Assembly (NCBI GenBank): GCA_025603075.1
Contig: MU626384.1
Location: 1 to 60,715, forward strand
Direction of reading: 5' to 3'
Source: Neoconidiobolus thromboides FSU 785
Lineage: Eukaryota; Fungi; Entomophthoromycota
Length of the DNA stretch: 60,715 nt
The position numbers were made by a program, and so were the translations under genes. Below are positions 36,900 through 50,880 of this stretch, piece after piece (the first letter of the stretch is position 1; each line of letters starts with the position of its first letter). Under the pieces are notes generated by a model. It did no database searches, was not told the DNA's origin, and saw only the letters and a list, made by a program, of their open reading frames with translations.

Positions 36900-37917
36900 A
36901 TGTATAATGGAATAGGTTTAAACACAGCACGAGGATCAGGCACAAACGGGTATGTAGTGAAGAATCTATCGAATGTGAAACCAAGGAGCAAGCGAGAGGA
37001 TAGTGAAGAAAATAGCAATTCAACCTTATTACCTAATCGTAAGCCAGATAAAGAGATTCTTTTGCATGAAAAAAAGAGAAAGATTGAAGTAGAGTGCATG
37101 GAGTTGCGAGTCGAGCTTGAGGATGAAGGGTGAGTTTTATTTTCTTAACTTTGGTTGTTTTATAATAGTTTATAGTCTTGAGGAAGAGGATATCGATGAT
37201 AAAGTAGATGCACTTCGACAAAAGTTGTTGAAAGAGTTTGATAGAGGATTAACAAAAAATGATCAAAAGCATATTGAAGCGCATGAAGTTCATAAGCTTG
37301 CTGAGGCAAAATTGAAGCAAAATAAAACTATGATGAAGGCTCTTGGAATTAAAGAAGATGACTTGGATGTAGACAAACCTTTGGATCAAGAGCAAGAAGA
37401 AGTTAAAGAAATTGTGGAACCTACTAGGCGTGAGGTGAATTACCGTGATATGGACAGGGAGAATGATTATGACTATGGAAAAGATAATAGGAGAGGTGAT
37501 AGAAGGGAGTTTAGAAGAGAATATATAAGAGATGATAGAAGACGTAATCGAAGGGATGATAGAAGAAGCGATTGGAGAGATAACCGAAGAGATGATAGAG
37601 GATATGATCGTAGAGACAATCGAAGAGACAATCGAAGAGAATATGAAAGGGAACCTACATACAAGAAAGCTGATACTGAGCCTGAATCACGTTCTGGGAA
37701 AGAGGCTGAAACTATTCATGAAAGAAAGGAAAGTGTAGATGGCGAAGCTAAAGAAAGAAATCCACAGGTTAAGCATTTTAAAAGGTATTCTCCTACTCCT
37801 TCACCTGAACCTGAATCAAGAGAGAAATATAACTCAAAACCCCATACTCCTCTTGGCTCACCTAGAGGTAACTATCGTAGAGGCTCTTATAAATCTCCTT
37901 CTCCAAAAAGAAATTAG
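36900..37917 (+). CDS. CWC21: Pre-mRNA splicing factor Cwc21/SRRM2-like, 2 exons (intron 37130-37175)
   Basis: [24 protein letters not shown], cwf21 domain ([14 protein letters not shown]), R/D-rich repeats. Confidence 0.93.
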
Positions 37918-38469
37918 TGGAACTATATTAAATACATTTATCTAGCTAAATGGTTTTTTAAATTCATCATTTGAATAAAGCATCAGTAGTTTATTTTTTA
38001 TTTTACTATGCAATATTATATAGACTTAAAGCCCTTATTTTTACTATTTATTCATTACTTTTTTAAACTCAAAATACTTTAGAATCAATTTAAGAGAGTG
38101 CAATAGTATCTTTCAACTTTAAAAATAAAGTTTGTTAGTGTACCTCTTTATTTGGGACTCTAAATCAAATTGTTAGTATCATTAGTCTTTTTATATATTC
38201 TGATCTTATTTATTTTATCTTACAATATGGTCTATAGCCTATAATTTATAATCTATGCCAATAATTATCTTAGTTCATAATAAAATTTTTAATGAAGAAT
38301 TCCAATAATGATTGGCTTTTTAGAAAATCAGAAAAAAAATCAAATTAAATGAATTCAACTACTTTTTGAAAGTATTCAATAATCCTAAAGAGAATATAGA
38401 AAATCAAAAGTAATCGCTTAACAAATAACGAATAACGAATAACATTCAATAATTTAATCAATTTATAAG

Positions 38470-41400
38470 ATGGAACAAGCTGTATATTTAATTTTGTCCG
38501 AGTCTTTATCAAGTGATAATGCCATTCGAAACGCTGCCACTCAAAAATTAACAGAACTAGAAGATAATAATTTGGGTAAGAGATGAATAAGATTTAATAA
38601 GAGCCAACTAAATGAAACCTTAGAGTTTGCAGGAGCATTAGCAAAGATCTTGTCAAGTAATGAATGTGAAGCTGGAATAAGACAAGTAATTTAAAGCAAA
38701 AATAGAGAATAAATTAACTTTTTTACAAAGTCTGCTGGTGTAACGCTAAAAAATTATATCAATAAACATTGGTCCAAAAGTGCTGATTATTTTTCTGAGC
38801 CTATGCCTCCAGATAATGTTAAATCTATTGTTAGAGAGCTATCCTTTCATACTCTTTCTTCAAACATTTATAAAGTCCGTGCTGTTGCTGTAAGAAATTT
38901 TTAAATTAAAGTTCAAAGCATAACATCTAATATATAAAGGCTTTGATTGTAGCTAAGATTGCCCACTTTGACTGGCCAGAAGAATGGAGTAATTTTATTG
39001 ACCTTTTATTACAGCTTATTGCCAAAGGAGATAGATTAGCTGTCAATGGAGGAATGAAAGTTTTTTCTTGTAAAAATATACTGCATTATTCTTAAGCTAT
39101 TTAATAACTCCTTTTTAGATTTTGTGGATAAGGATTTATCAGACCAACAGATAGGCTCGGTTGGGCCAATTTTATTTCCAGAGCTTTTTAAAATAGCTTC
39201 AAGTGACAATGTAAATACGATTATAAATTGAAAGTTTTTTTTACCTAAAACATTTATTTAGGGGTTTTCTTATCAAACTAGGATGTATGCCGTGGAAGTT
39301 TTTTCAGGCATGATTTATATGATCAACACGGTAAAAGAAGAAAATCCAGACTTTGAACAAACTCTTTTAGCACCTATTTTTCCTAGTTGGTTAGAATACT
39401 TTTCAAATGTTTTAACTAACTGTGAAATTAATAATGTTACTATTGGATTACTAGTACAAATAGTTATTGTAAGTTAAGTAAACAAGGTTTAAATACAATA
39501 ATAATAATTTATAAAGGCATTACAATATACCATGGACTATTTCCCCCGACAGTTACTTGGAAAAGAAGCTCATTTTGCAAATTTGATATTATCCGCACTT
39601 GAAAAGATAAGCGATGCTTATGTAATAAGTGAAGTTTATGGCAATGAGTTACCGGAAAGTTGGTATGTTAAATCCAATTCTGATGAAGGAGGAGAAGATA
39701 GGGATAATAAGTTTGAGGACTTCATTTATCCTGCTTTTGATTTCTTTACTACTTTAAGCTCCAAAAAAAACAAGTCTGCAAAAGACGCTTTGACTCAAGA
39801 ACCTATTTCGTTATCTCGTATATTTTGGGTTATCTTCAAGTTGCATCAGGTTACTTCTGTACAGGTAAGACAAGAACGTGTATTGATCTATTAGTCAATT
39901 AAATCTTTTTTAGGTTGAAGAATGGGAAGAAGATCCAAATAAATTTGCTATTGATGAAGATGATGAATATATTAACTATAGTATAAGATTAACTGCCATG
40001 GATTTGTGCAACGTAACGCAATTTTTATATCATGATTTTTTTTTATTAGTTTAGCATTTGATAGGAATCTATGGTGCTCAAAGTATATCTGAATTGTCGT
40101 CCGCATGTGGGGCTCATATTCAAGCTGCCACAGCACAAAGACAAGCTGGAAATTCCAACTGGTAATATTTTACTATTAAAAAATAAACCACTAAACTTTT
40201 TAGGTGGCTTATTATCGAATCTTGTGTATCTTTAATTGGTAGTGGCTCATACGATATCATTGAAACATATGATTCAAACAAAGAATCAAAACCATTTGAT
40301 ATTGGTACTTTCTTTAGTACTGTTGTACTACCTCTTATGACCTTAAATGGTAATTTTGTATAACTTATAATACTTTAATTTTAATTTATTTTTAGAATTT
40401 CCAATAGCACAAGGACGTGCATTTGTATTTGCTTCACAATACGGATCTATTCTTCCTCAAGATCTTGCATTACAATGTTTAAATCATTCGATTAATATGA
40501 TGAAGAATGCTACTTCAATTTTGGTTAATATTTCGGGGTTAAAAGCAGTATCAAAGTAATTCTATAGTAATTTGAAGAGCTAAAAATTAATAAGATTTCT
40601 GTTTAGTTTCTGCTCTACATTAAGCAAGAACTTGCTTATCCCAATTGCACATGATCTATTTGAATCTACGTGCTCTATTTCATCCAAATGTAAGGGCGAG
40701 ATTTTGAATCTTCTTCTTGAAACTTGGTCATCAATTATCAAAGTAAATACGTTTTAGTACTAAAAATTATGTTATAATATGTTTTAGATTTCCCCAGAAA
40801 TAACCGTAAAATACTCTCAATTTTTCATACCAAAATTACTTGAAACCTGGATTCATTCAACAGAAGGTAATCATATTGCAGGTTTTATATCACAACATTA
40901 ATTGAGATCTATTAGATACCTATACTGCTCTTTTAGTGAGAGAAGTTATTAAAGAGCTTGCTGGTAATACAGAAGTATACCCATTGTTGGTTTCAAGCAT
41001 TGTACCTCCTTTAGTTAAGATACTTTCAGATCCATCTGCTAATACACAAATACTTTCAGTATTATTTTATTTTAATCAAATCAAAAGTCTCTAACTTTAT
41101 TTTAGTGTGTAGTTGATACTTTTTCAAGCCTTATAGAAGGAGGACCATCCCCACTACCACAAGGATTTGTTGCTAATCTATTATTACCTGTACTCTCTTG
41201 TATTGGCAAAAAAGATCAGGATTTAGAATTATGTGTTCAAGAGTTTTTGAAGAATCTTATTATCATGGATTTAAATCAAATCATTTCTTGGTAAGGATTA
41301 ATATAATAATAACTCAAATTATCTTAATATCTTAGGGAACATAATGGTCAAAATGGACTGACTTATATTATTAATTATGTGTCTACATTATTAAATAATG

Positions 41401-42534
41401 CTCTCCCAGAGGATGAGGGTGCTATTATGTATTGTGGTACTTTAATCTTAACTTTATTGTTAAAGGTAGTTGGGTTATTAATTTTTCATTAAGTATTATT
41501 TATATTTTTATTAGAATACAGAAGCTACCATCCCATACCTTAAAAACCTACTGACCCCACTTGTAGCTCGATTAATTACTACCAAGTCTCAAATGTTAAG
41601 ACAGGATTTTATTATGGTGATTGCTCAATTATGTCGAACCCATTTAGATGTGATCTTGGATTTCCTTTTTGAGGAAACATCTCCTAACCATTGCCCTAAA
41701 GTACAAGCATTGACAATATGGTTAGAGAATCATGATTCTTTCTCAGGCTACTTTCAAATCAAATTAAGGTAATTTGATTTTAAATAATGTAATTATAATT
41801 GACTGCTTTAAAAGTGCTTATGCGCTTGCTCAAATCTTTGTTAAAAATGACCCACGATTGGATACGCTCAAATGTAAATGGAAGTTAATTGATATCAACC
41901 CAGGAAGTAAATCAATCATCACTATTCTTTATTACTTATATTTATCTATTTTAGAAATTATTACTAGATCTCAAACTAGAGCGAGTAAGTTATTTGATTA
42001 TCAATTATTATAAATATTTACTTATTAGTTTATTAGCTGGTGAACACTATACTATGTTGCCCGCATCTGCTAAAATACTTACCCTCCTCATAGCAGATTA
42101 TCGTAATGATGCCTATACTACAGAAGCAAATCCTTTATATACTCAAGAAGTAGCTTTGATTTGAATGAAAAATAAAATATTTAACTTTTTTTTAGGAAAG
42201 TGAATGGCAAGATGTTGACGAGGATGATGGCAATTATTTATCGGGTAATAAAATTCAATATTTAATTATATGTAATAAAGCATTAAATTATTAAATTAGA
42301 CTTTGACTATGGAAGAAATGAAGATGAAGAACACTTCAAACATGATCCACTTTATAAATTTGAATTGAAGGTAAGTTTGATTAAACTATAATCAACTATT
42401 TTTAACAAAATTTAACTTAGGAATACCTTGGTGAACTTTTCAAGGCAGGTATATCTAATAATACGGGTAACCTACAGCACTATGCAACCTTATTAGAAAA
42501 GACCGATCAAGAAACTCTTAGATCTCTTCAATAA
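38470..42534 (+). CDS. IPO9: Importin-9/Kap114-like karyopherin beta, about 22 introns
   Basis: IBN_N start (RQSAGVTLKNYINKHW), IAHFDWPEEWS, EEWEEDPNKFAIDED, SFLVLLYLL-region HEAT repeats (AQGRAFVFASQY) and acidic EWQDVDEDD tail reconstructed across GT-AG introns. Confidence 0.85.
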
Positions 42535-43100
42535 AAGATTTGCTAACACTTAGGCTATTAACATAATTTTCATTATATTAAATTTTGATTTATTTATACT
42601 TTTTTATTAATATTAAAATGTGAGAAGTTTTTTTAAATAAGTTATTCATTTATAGTTCTGCTCAAAGTTAGGATAAATTTGATCTTACCTAATGGTCTGA
42701 ATTTAGAATTTACTTTTTTTACTAAGCCTATCTTATGGCATTTTCTGAAATGATTAAGTCCAAAAACCAAGGACCTTTTAAGTCCATATGTGCTATAATG
42801 AAATTATATTTAAAATTCTAACTTAAATCTCAACCTATAGGTAGTACAACTATACTAAGCATTATTTTAAATAAACATATAGAAAGTCCATATTAGGACT
42901 TAAAAAGTGCCTGGCTTTTTGACCCAACCATTTCAAAGTGCTATACAAGGAATTGTCTATTATGAAAACAATTTTAAGCTGTCTTATTGTCACTATAAAA
43001 TTAAATTTAACTAATCTGGAACTATTTTATTGGCTAAGGTCAAATTAAATGACAACACGCCAATTTTAAAAAGAATCTTTTTAAATTATAAAATAAAAAT

Positions 43101-44875
43101 ATGGCTTCATTATCAAGCAAGGAAGCAAAAAAGCAACAAGAAATCAATGAACGTAAATTATTGACTTTAGTCAAGCAGCCTGGAAATAGCGCCTGTTGTG
43201 ATTGTGGTGCTAATGGTAATGATAAATGTTAACTATTGAATTATTATCAAATCTAACTCTACTCTATAATAGGGCCTCGTTGGGCCTCATTTAACATTGG
43301 TTGTTTTTTATGTATAAGATGTGGGGGTATACATCGTCGTATGGGCACTCATATCAGTAAAGTCAAGAGTATAAGTTTAGATTCTTGGAAAGATGACCAA
43401 ATTGAGAATATGGAAAAATGGGGAAACACTAAAGTAAACGAACTTTATTTATATCAAGCAAAGAGTAGACCTGTACCTAATGATGATGATGGTATGGAAC
43501 AGTATATTAGAGATAAATATGAAAAGAAAAGGTTTTTTAAACCTGGGGGTCAAGTAATAGAGATATATAGTGCAGTTTTATTATTATTAATATATCGTTA
43601 ATTTAGGCTTCCAATCCCGATACGCTAAATGATAATGATAAAGCAATGAGTATTGCTGTTAAAAGCATGTACGATATGGGGTTTAAAGATATTGAACGTA
43701 ATAGGAGGGCACTTGTACGCACAAAATTAAACGTAAACGCAGCTATTTCGCTATTAGTTGAAGATAAGTTAAATGGAAATGATGCTTCAAGTAGCAACAG
43801 TAACAAAAACGATCCACGCTTAGTACAATTAAAGGCCATGGGGTTTGATAATGAAAGACAAAACCTTATGGCATTAAAAGAGGCTAAAGGATCCATTGAA
43901 AGAGCCATCGAGATATTAGTCAACACCGCTTCTGATAAATTTAATAACAAGCCTTCTTCTAAAGCCAGTGCCGTTTTAGGATTAAAAGACAACATCATAA
44001 GTCCTAAACCAGAAATAGACCTATTTGGTGATTTTGACCAAGCTACTCCTGCAGCACCATCAAAAGTTACTAAAAGTGATAAAAACCCAATGGATGATTT
44101 TGGAGACTTTTCTTTTCCTCCACCCCCTTCAAGTAACAGTAATCAAAGCACAGCTGTGAATGAAGGTAAATTGATTTTTGATGGTTATATTTTAAATATA
44201 TTAATTTATGTTCATTGTAGATTCAAATAAGAACGCTGTCAAAAGTGAAGAAAAGAAGAATGATAAAGATTATATTATGTCACTATTTAGCAGCAATACA
44301 CAGACGAATAATAGTGTTAATATGAATATGGGTAACAATATGAATATGAATATGAATATGAATATGAATATGAATACGAATAGTATGAATATGGGCAATA
44401 TAAACATGAACAACCATATGAATAATACTTCCTTTGGCTATGCAAGTACTAACATCAATTCTGCTAATGTTGGAAATGGTTTTCACTCGAATTTAAATAC
44501 CTTTAATAATAATAACTCAAATTTATCTGAATTAGATTTTTCATTCGGAAACAATAATAATAATAATAACTTTGGTTCCTTTACAACTATGAATACACAT
44601 CAAACGTCTTCAGTAAGTTATATTATATCAAATTTTATTTTATGTTAACAATTGTTTAGAATCTTTTCGATAACTCTACCACTGGATTATTTAATAATAA
44701 TAATAGCACAAAGCAGAATAAGGATAACAACATGAACAACCTTAGCAACGCTTTTGCAAATTTAGACCCGTTTAAAGACTTTAAACCTTCTACAACTAAA
44801 AGCACTAGTAACAATTCAAGTGCTAATACTACAAACAATAATAATATTGATAATGATTTGTTAGATTTATTATAA
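43101..44875 (+). CDS. ArfGAP with two UBA domains and an Asn/Met-rich tail (Ucp3/Gts1/SMAP-like), multi-exon
   Basis: CCDCGANGPRWAS.NIGCFLCIRCGGIHRRMGTHISKVKS zinc finger; two MGF-containing UBA domains. Confidence 0.88.
44337..44392 (+). repeat. (ATGAAT)n coding microsatellite encoding (NM)n
   Basis: About 6 perfect hexamers plus degenerate flanks within the ArfGAP exon. Confidence 0.9.
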
Positions 44876-44910
44876 AATAAAATTTACTCAGTTTTAATAA
44901 TTTTAAAATT

Positions 44911-45018
44911 TGGACTGTTTTCTTTGCCTTCATTATTTTTTCCATTTTTTAGATGCTATTTGAGTGGAAAAATTTTTAGTAAAATTCTTAGTAAAATTCT
45001 TAGAAAAAATACATCCCC
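44911..45018 (-). mobile_element. MITE copy 11, with an internal 12-bp tandem duplication
   Basis: AGTAAAATTCTT is duplicated; the element lies 35 nt after the ArfGAP stop. Confidence 0.85.
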
Positions 45019-45080
45019 ATTTAGATATAAAAATATTAACTTTATTATGAATTATGAGAAGATAAATGATTATTAACTAT

Positions 45081-46825
45081 TTAGCTATTATTTTTTGAAG
45101 TAAGGTATTCTTGCCATTCTTGATCAAACTGAGCCTTTTTAAGAACCTCAACTTTAAACCCAGGTTTATGATAGACTCTTATAACATAAGTAGCAACCCG
45201 TAATCTTATTAATTCACCTTCTTTCTTTGGAAGTAAGCGGTCTTGAAGCGACACGCGTAAGAAGAACAAAGTAAACCAACCAATAGTAACAATGGCAAAG
45301 ATCCACCACACATTGTAAGTATATGGAGGCAAATCTTTAGAAGTGTATCCAACAGCAAGAAGATGATTAAACACAGCTGTGAAAACTAAACCACCACCAA
45401 CACCAGCTAAGGACCAAGCAGTTAAAATGACACTATAAAAAACATTTAATATAAAATAAGGATGTAGACATGAAAGTACTTACCCATGACATGCTCCAAT
45501 ATTACTTGGTCCAAACATATCAGTTAAAAAGGCAGGAATAACACCAAAACCACCACCATAACAAGCAGTTAGAATCCACATAGTAACAACAAAAGCCCAA
45601 TAAGCTTGGTGTTCTAACATAGTAGAAAAGCAACCCAAAATGATCAGTTGGAAACTTATCATAATTACATAACACCACTTACGTCCTACATAATCAGACA
45701 AAATACTAAAAAACAATCTACCAAATAAATTAAATCCCCCATTAACAGATACGATTTGAGCAGCTACTTCTTTAGGTTGACCAAATATATCCGTAATCAT
45801 ATTAGATAATCTTGATATAACTACTAATCCAAAAACAGCATTTGCAAAAAATACGGCATACATTAAACGGAACTCTCTACTAAGCAATGAATCAATCAAG
45901 CTCAACTCTATTAAACTGGGCGCAGGTTTAACGATTTGCTTATTTTCTTCAATTTTAACAATATTTGGATCAAAGCTTTCGCCAACAACGTCATTTGCTT
46001 CTTGTCCTACTTTTTTACCATAAATATCTAAGCCATTGACAATATAGCCTGGTGGTGGGGTACGTAATACAGAGGATGCTAATACCATTAAAACAAAGAA
46101 GCAAGAACCCATAATAACAAATGTTAGAGGTAAATCAACAGCACTAATTAAAGGTAAAGGAATTAATGCAGTAACAATTGATCCTGCACCAAATCCACAT
46201 ACAGCAAAGCCTGAACCTAAACCACGCTTATCTGGAAACCATTTTTGTAAAGCAGAAACTGGGGTAATATAACATAATCCTAAACCAAAACCACCTATTA
46301 CTCCATAACCTACATAAACTAACCATATTTGTCTAACATAAAGAGCCAAACCAGTTAACAAGTTTCCTAAGAAAAAAAGAGAAGTTCCTGTCAATCCAGA
46401 TAATAAAGGTCCTTTTCTTTCTAACCATGGGCCCATAACAGCAGTACTAAAGCCAAAGAAACCTACAGCAATATAAAAAGTGATTGGGGCCATTTCTATA
46501 ACAAAGTGAATAACAATAATAATAATATAAAAGCAAAATTACTAGCATCATAGCCATAGATATATTTATCGATGGGGGTATTATAAACAGACCAAGCATA
46601 TAGAGAACCACAGCAGAACTGTAATAAAACAGAAGCAGGGAATAAAAACCAACGGTTGAATGATATCACATTTGGTATCAAATATTTTTCTCGCAAAATT
46701 TGTTTTTCACTCTTTTCAAGATATACACGACCATAATGTTTTTGTAATAACCTTATAAAAAAATTGCCGCTTTCCTCCCCTTTTACACTGTCAGCAGGCT
46801 GCGAAGTTTGTTTTATTTCAGACAT
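45081..46825 (-). CDS. MFS transporter, oxalate/formate antiporter (OFA/YhjX)-like, 3 exons
   Basis: GSLYAWSVYN, GGFGLGLCYITPVSALQKWFPDKRGLGSG, FNLFGRLFF, CYGGGFG.IPAFLTDMFG, GACHGVILTAWS. Confidence 0.9.
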
Positions 46826-49066
46826 GGATCAAATTAAAACAGTACAATTGAATTTTCAATACCTCTTTTTTATATATTTGATTTATTATAAAAACCTGTT
46901 TTAAAGGTAAGGTAAGATAAGATAAATAAAAATATTAATTGTTAAACAATAATTTATTGTTTATTTATACTTCCCAGTGATCCAACTTTTACTTTTTTAA
47001 GGGAGTAATTTGAAATCAATATTCATCTAGCATGATTCCTATCTATGGTGTTAAATCACATTGCATACAAAATGACTTAAAGCCTAATCTAAAGGTAAAA
47101 CTTATTTGAACTCCAACCTATTAGGAAATTTAAGAAAGTAAAAACTTATTTTTGACAACCTACATTCCCGTTAGTGTTATTAATTCCCTATTAAGGCTAT
47201 TTAAAGAATATTGCTTTTTTCTAACAGAATTTATACATCTACCTATATATGTAAAAAAATTAATTTAATTTAATTAAAAACTTGTATTTAAAAAAGAAAT
47301 ATCATATTCTATTATTTTTATTACTTTTATTATTTTTATTATTTTTATTATTTCTGTTATATTTTACTTTTGTATAATTAAAGATTATACTAATCACAAT
47401 TGATTGTACCTTAAACAAAATTTAACAATAAATAAACCCGGCTATAAAATATCTAATAGATGATTGATTTTGATTGTCAAGTGATTCTTTTGCCTTTCTT
47501 TTTTAATATGGATTATTTATTCTTTACTCTTCCCATGCCTGGGAACTATCAGAAACCTAATTAAAATCAAACTTTTATTTGAAATATAAAGCATAAATCT
47601 AAATGCTTATGGTTTTGCATTATATAATTATTTTAAGATACGACTCATTTTTGTTAGGTCTATTTTGTATTATTTTAATATAATAAAAATTAGATATAAA
47701 ATAAAGAATTTTTCTAAAAAAAATTCAAACTATTTATTTAACTTTCAACTGCTGACCTTTAGTGCACTTTCGTTTTTTAAATCACTTCAATAAAAAAACT
47801 GGCGGCTAATTTTTATTTTAATGTTGTGACAATTAATAATAAATTATTACTTCAACTTGTCATCGTCAAAGTCATTCTAATCTCAAGTAATTATTCTATT
47901 ACGTTTCTAATAAGTTGTTTTTTATAACATTTTGTAATGAGCTCTATATTATCAAACCAATTACTTTTTAACAACATGATATAAAATTATTTCAAAAACT
48001 TATTTTTTCTTTTTTCTTTTTTAATAACCTTGAAAAGTTGTACAGACTCCTAAATGTTTTGATTTATGAGGGGTAATCTAAAGGGAAGGGGGAAGAGACT
48101 ATCATTAGATTACAGGGAAAAAATATATTCTTAAAGCATTCTGCTAATAATAAAGTAATTTTCCCAAAATGAGAAAAGGATCAATTTAAATTTATTTATT
48201 TTAAATTGCCTCCACATTTCTTGCCACAGAAGGAAGGAAAGTGTTTTAGAATTTTTATTATTGAATGCCTGTTTATTATCCTATTATCTTTTTATATTCA
48301 CGTATAATGCAACTTCTATACTCATTTAATTAATAGTACCCCAATTTACTAAACAATTTGAGGAGGGAAACATGATTTGTTCCATATTTAACCTATCGTG
48401 AAAAATAATAATTCAAGATAACTTATATTAACTTTAAGAGCTTTCCATACTTGTATAATATTTAATTTATTCTAAAGTCCTTTTTATTATTATTTGTAAA
48501 TAGCTCTTATTGTTTTATTTATTCAACTTTAATATCAAACAATTGATTATACTAAAATTATGGTAAATTTAAATTATAATGTATAATCTCAACTATATTC
48601 CATTAAAAATGGGCAAATATTATTCGACTTAAAAATTGCGTATTGATTATACTTTGATAACTACAATCAAAATTTAAGATGTATTTAACATAAATGTAAC
48701 GTAAATGATTTAATACAAGGCGTTTTTTAAGCAATTGTCAACCTTATCGTTTTGGGCCTCTAAGAAATAGCTCATCCGTCTCCTTTTCTCTCCCGTCATT
48801 TTATCTCTTTTCACAGTATCTTCATTTCGCGAGTTAGTCGTTCAGAATCTTATTCCCCCGAAATAGACACTTGGGAGTCTTCGGCATCTTTAAGGTTGTG
48901 TTAATAAAACTAGTTCATTTATTCAAAGAAATTAGCTTTTATATCAACTTTTGCTCTATTTATAGACATTATGGAAACTGGAGGACTTAATGTACAGTAT
49001 AACTAATGGGGTCTTATAGGTCTTTTTGTAGGTAGAGCTATAAGCAGAATTTAAGCAGTACTATAT

Positions 49067-49161
49067 GGGGATGTATTTTTGTACTTAAGAATTTTACTAA
49101 CAAATTTTTCATTCAAATAATACTTAAGATGGAAAAAGTAATAAAGTTAAAAAAACACCCC
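49067..49161 (+). mobile_element. MITE copy 12
   Basis: ATAT TSD. Confidence 0.9.
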
Positions 49162-49578
49162 ATATGTTAAATCGAAATATCAAATAAAGTTTAAAATTTT
49201 GATTTAAAGAATTATATTAGTAAACAAATTTGCTGTACATTATATAGTTATTACCGTTAAAATAATCCTATTAGATTACTTTAGAAATTATAGTAGCTAA
49301 GTATTTTCTGTTATTTTATAAAGCAAATTTTAACTTAAATCATAAGGCTTTAAAACAACATTTATATTAAAATTTTGATTTTGAAATAACGCTTTGTAAA
49401 ATGGATATTACCTTTGTAATAAACGAAATTCGGTAATCCAGGTCATTCAAAAACCTGAAAATAGTTAATTATTGATTTTATAACTATCATAAATTTTAAC
49501 AATTTTTACGCTTATAAAGTAAACTTATAAAAAAAACGTGATTCAATTTATAATATTTATTAATAAAATGCAGTTATT

Positions 49579-49974
49579 CTAAAAGTTCATGGAGGCAGGG
49601 ATTAAAGCGAAAGCCAATAATGGAGAGTAAGTTAAGAGAGAGGCATTTGAATTAGCATTCATAGCACTTCCACTCTTAGCACCTGCCTTAGCTGAAGCGC
49701 TTTTAGCACCTGCACTGCCTGAAGCAGAACCAGAAGCTTTAGCAGCAGCAGAGCCACTTGCAGTTGGCTTGACATCAGAGCCAGTGGCTGAGTCAGTGCC
49801 AGAAACGGCTTTAGAGGCAGCATCACTAGCAGCAGAGATTACAGTAGCAGCAGATGCAGATACACTAGAGGCAGCACTTTTACCAGAGGCAACAACATCA
49901 CTAGCACTATCTTGAGAATCTTGAGCAGCAACGGAAGCTAAAAGGATGGTAACAAAGGTAGCAGCAAATTTCAT
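49579..49974 (-). CDS. Small secreted Ser/Ala-rich, probably GPI-anchored cell-surface protein
   Basis: Signal peptide MKFAATFVTILLASVAA, low-complexity S/A/K core, hydrophobic C-terminus after NANSN; biased codon use. Confidence 0.8.
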   Translation of the reverse strand: MKFAATFVTILLASVAAQDSQDSASDVVASGKSAASSVSASAATVISAASDAASKAVSGTDSATGSDVKPTASGSAAAKASGSASGSAGAKSASAKAGAKSGSAMNANSNASLLTYSPLLAFALIPASMNF

Positions 49975-50792
49975 ATTGATTATTATTTAGTATTAGTTTA
50001 AATGTATGGGTATTAAAAAATTAAATGTTTAAGTTGATAATTTTAAAGAGAGTAAATTCAATGGTTTATATAGTATTTAGTTCTGTAGATAATTTCGGTT
50101 TTTAACTATCGTTACTAATATTTTGATTGTTCTAACATATTTAATGTTATAGTTAACTTTAACTGGAATTAATTTTTATCTTGCTAACTGTCTTGTGTTT
50201 ATACTATAACTTGAATCATCATTTAACTGTTTTAAGAAATCTAGAATTGACTTTATTGGTAACGTAAATGTTTTGTCTTGGCAATGATTTTAGTAATAAT
50301 TCAGTAATCTTTACAATTTATGCTATAATTAGCAATACATTAACTTTCTTAATTTAAGATCAACTCAATCATTAACTGCTTTTGTTTATCTATTTATTAA
50401 TTTTACTAATTCGAAATACACCTTTTTGAAAAATATACAAAATTCTGATGTTTAACAACTGCAAGCAGAAAAATTAAACAAAAAACTATAAATTGTATGA
50501 TTTTGATTAACTTTTGTTAATTTTTTGCTGTCAATTGCTAAACCGTTGGAGTTTTACATTTTTCAAAAAGATGTGATTAAATATTATTTACAGAAAAGCC
50601 GCCTGTGTTGCTTTAATAGCTTTCAGTTATTGAACAATAAAAATGGATAGAAATTATTGTTTCTAGAAAGGTAGTTTTGATGTGAAAATTTAATTAAATA
50701 GATTAAGACAATTCTTTATCTTATTACCACCACACATATCCATATTTTAATAAATATCTGTAAGAATTCTTAAAGTTTGACTTTATTAAATT

Positions 50793-50880
50793 GGGGTGTT
50801 TTTTGATTTTATCACTTTTTCTATTTTAAGAGCTATTTGAGTAGAAAAATTATTAGTAGGGCTCTTGGACAAAAAAATAT
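50793..50880 (-). mobile_element. MITE copy 13 (degenerate, right end eroded)
   Basis: GGGGTGTTTTTT start and recognisable core. Confidence 0.7.

Noticed and set aside
37473-37945. Repetitive alternative-frame ORFs in CWC21
   Set aside because: By-products of the R/D-rich repeat coding sequence.
48075-48100. Purine tract as an LTR polypurine tract
   Set aside because: No adjacent TG...CA LTR or matching second LTR was found.
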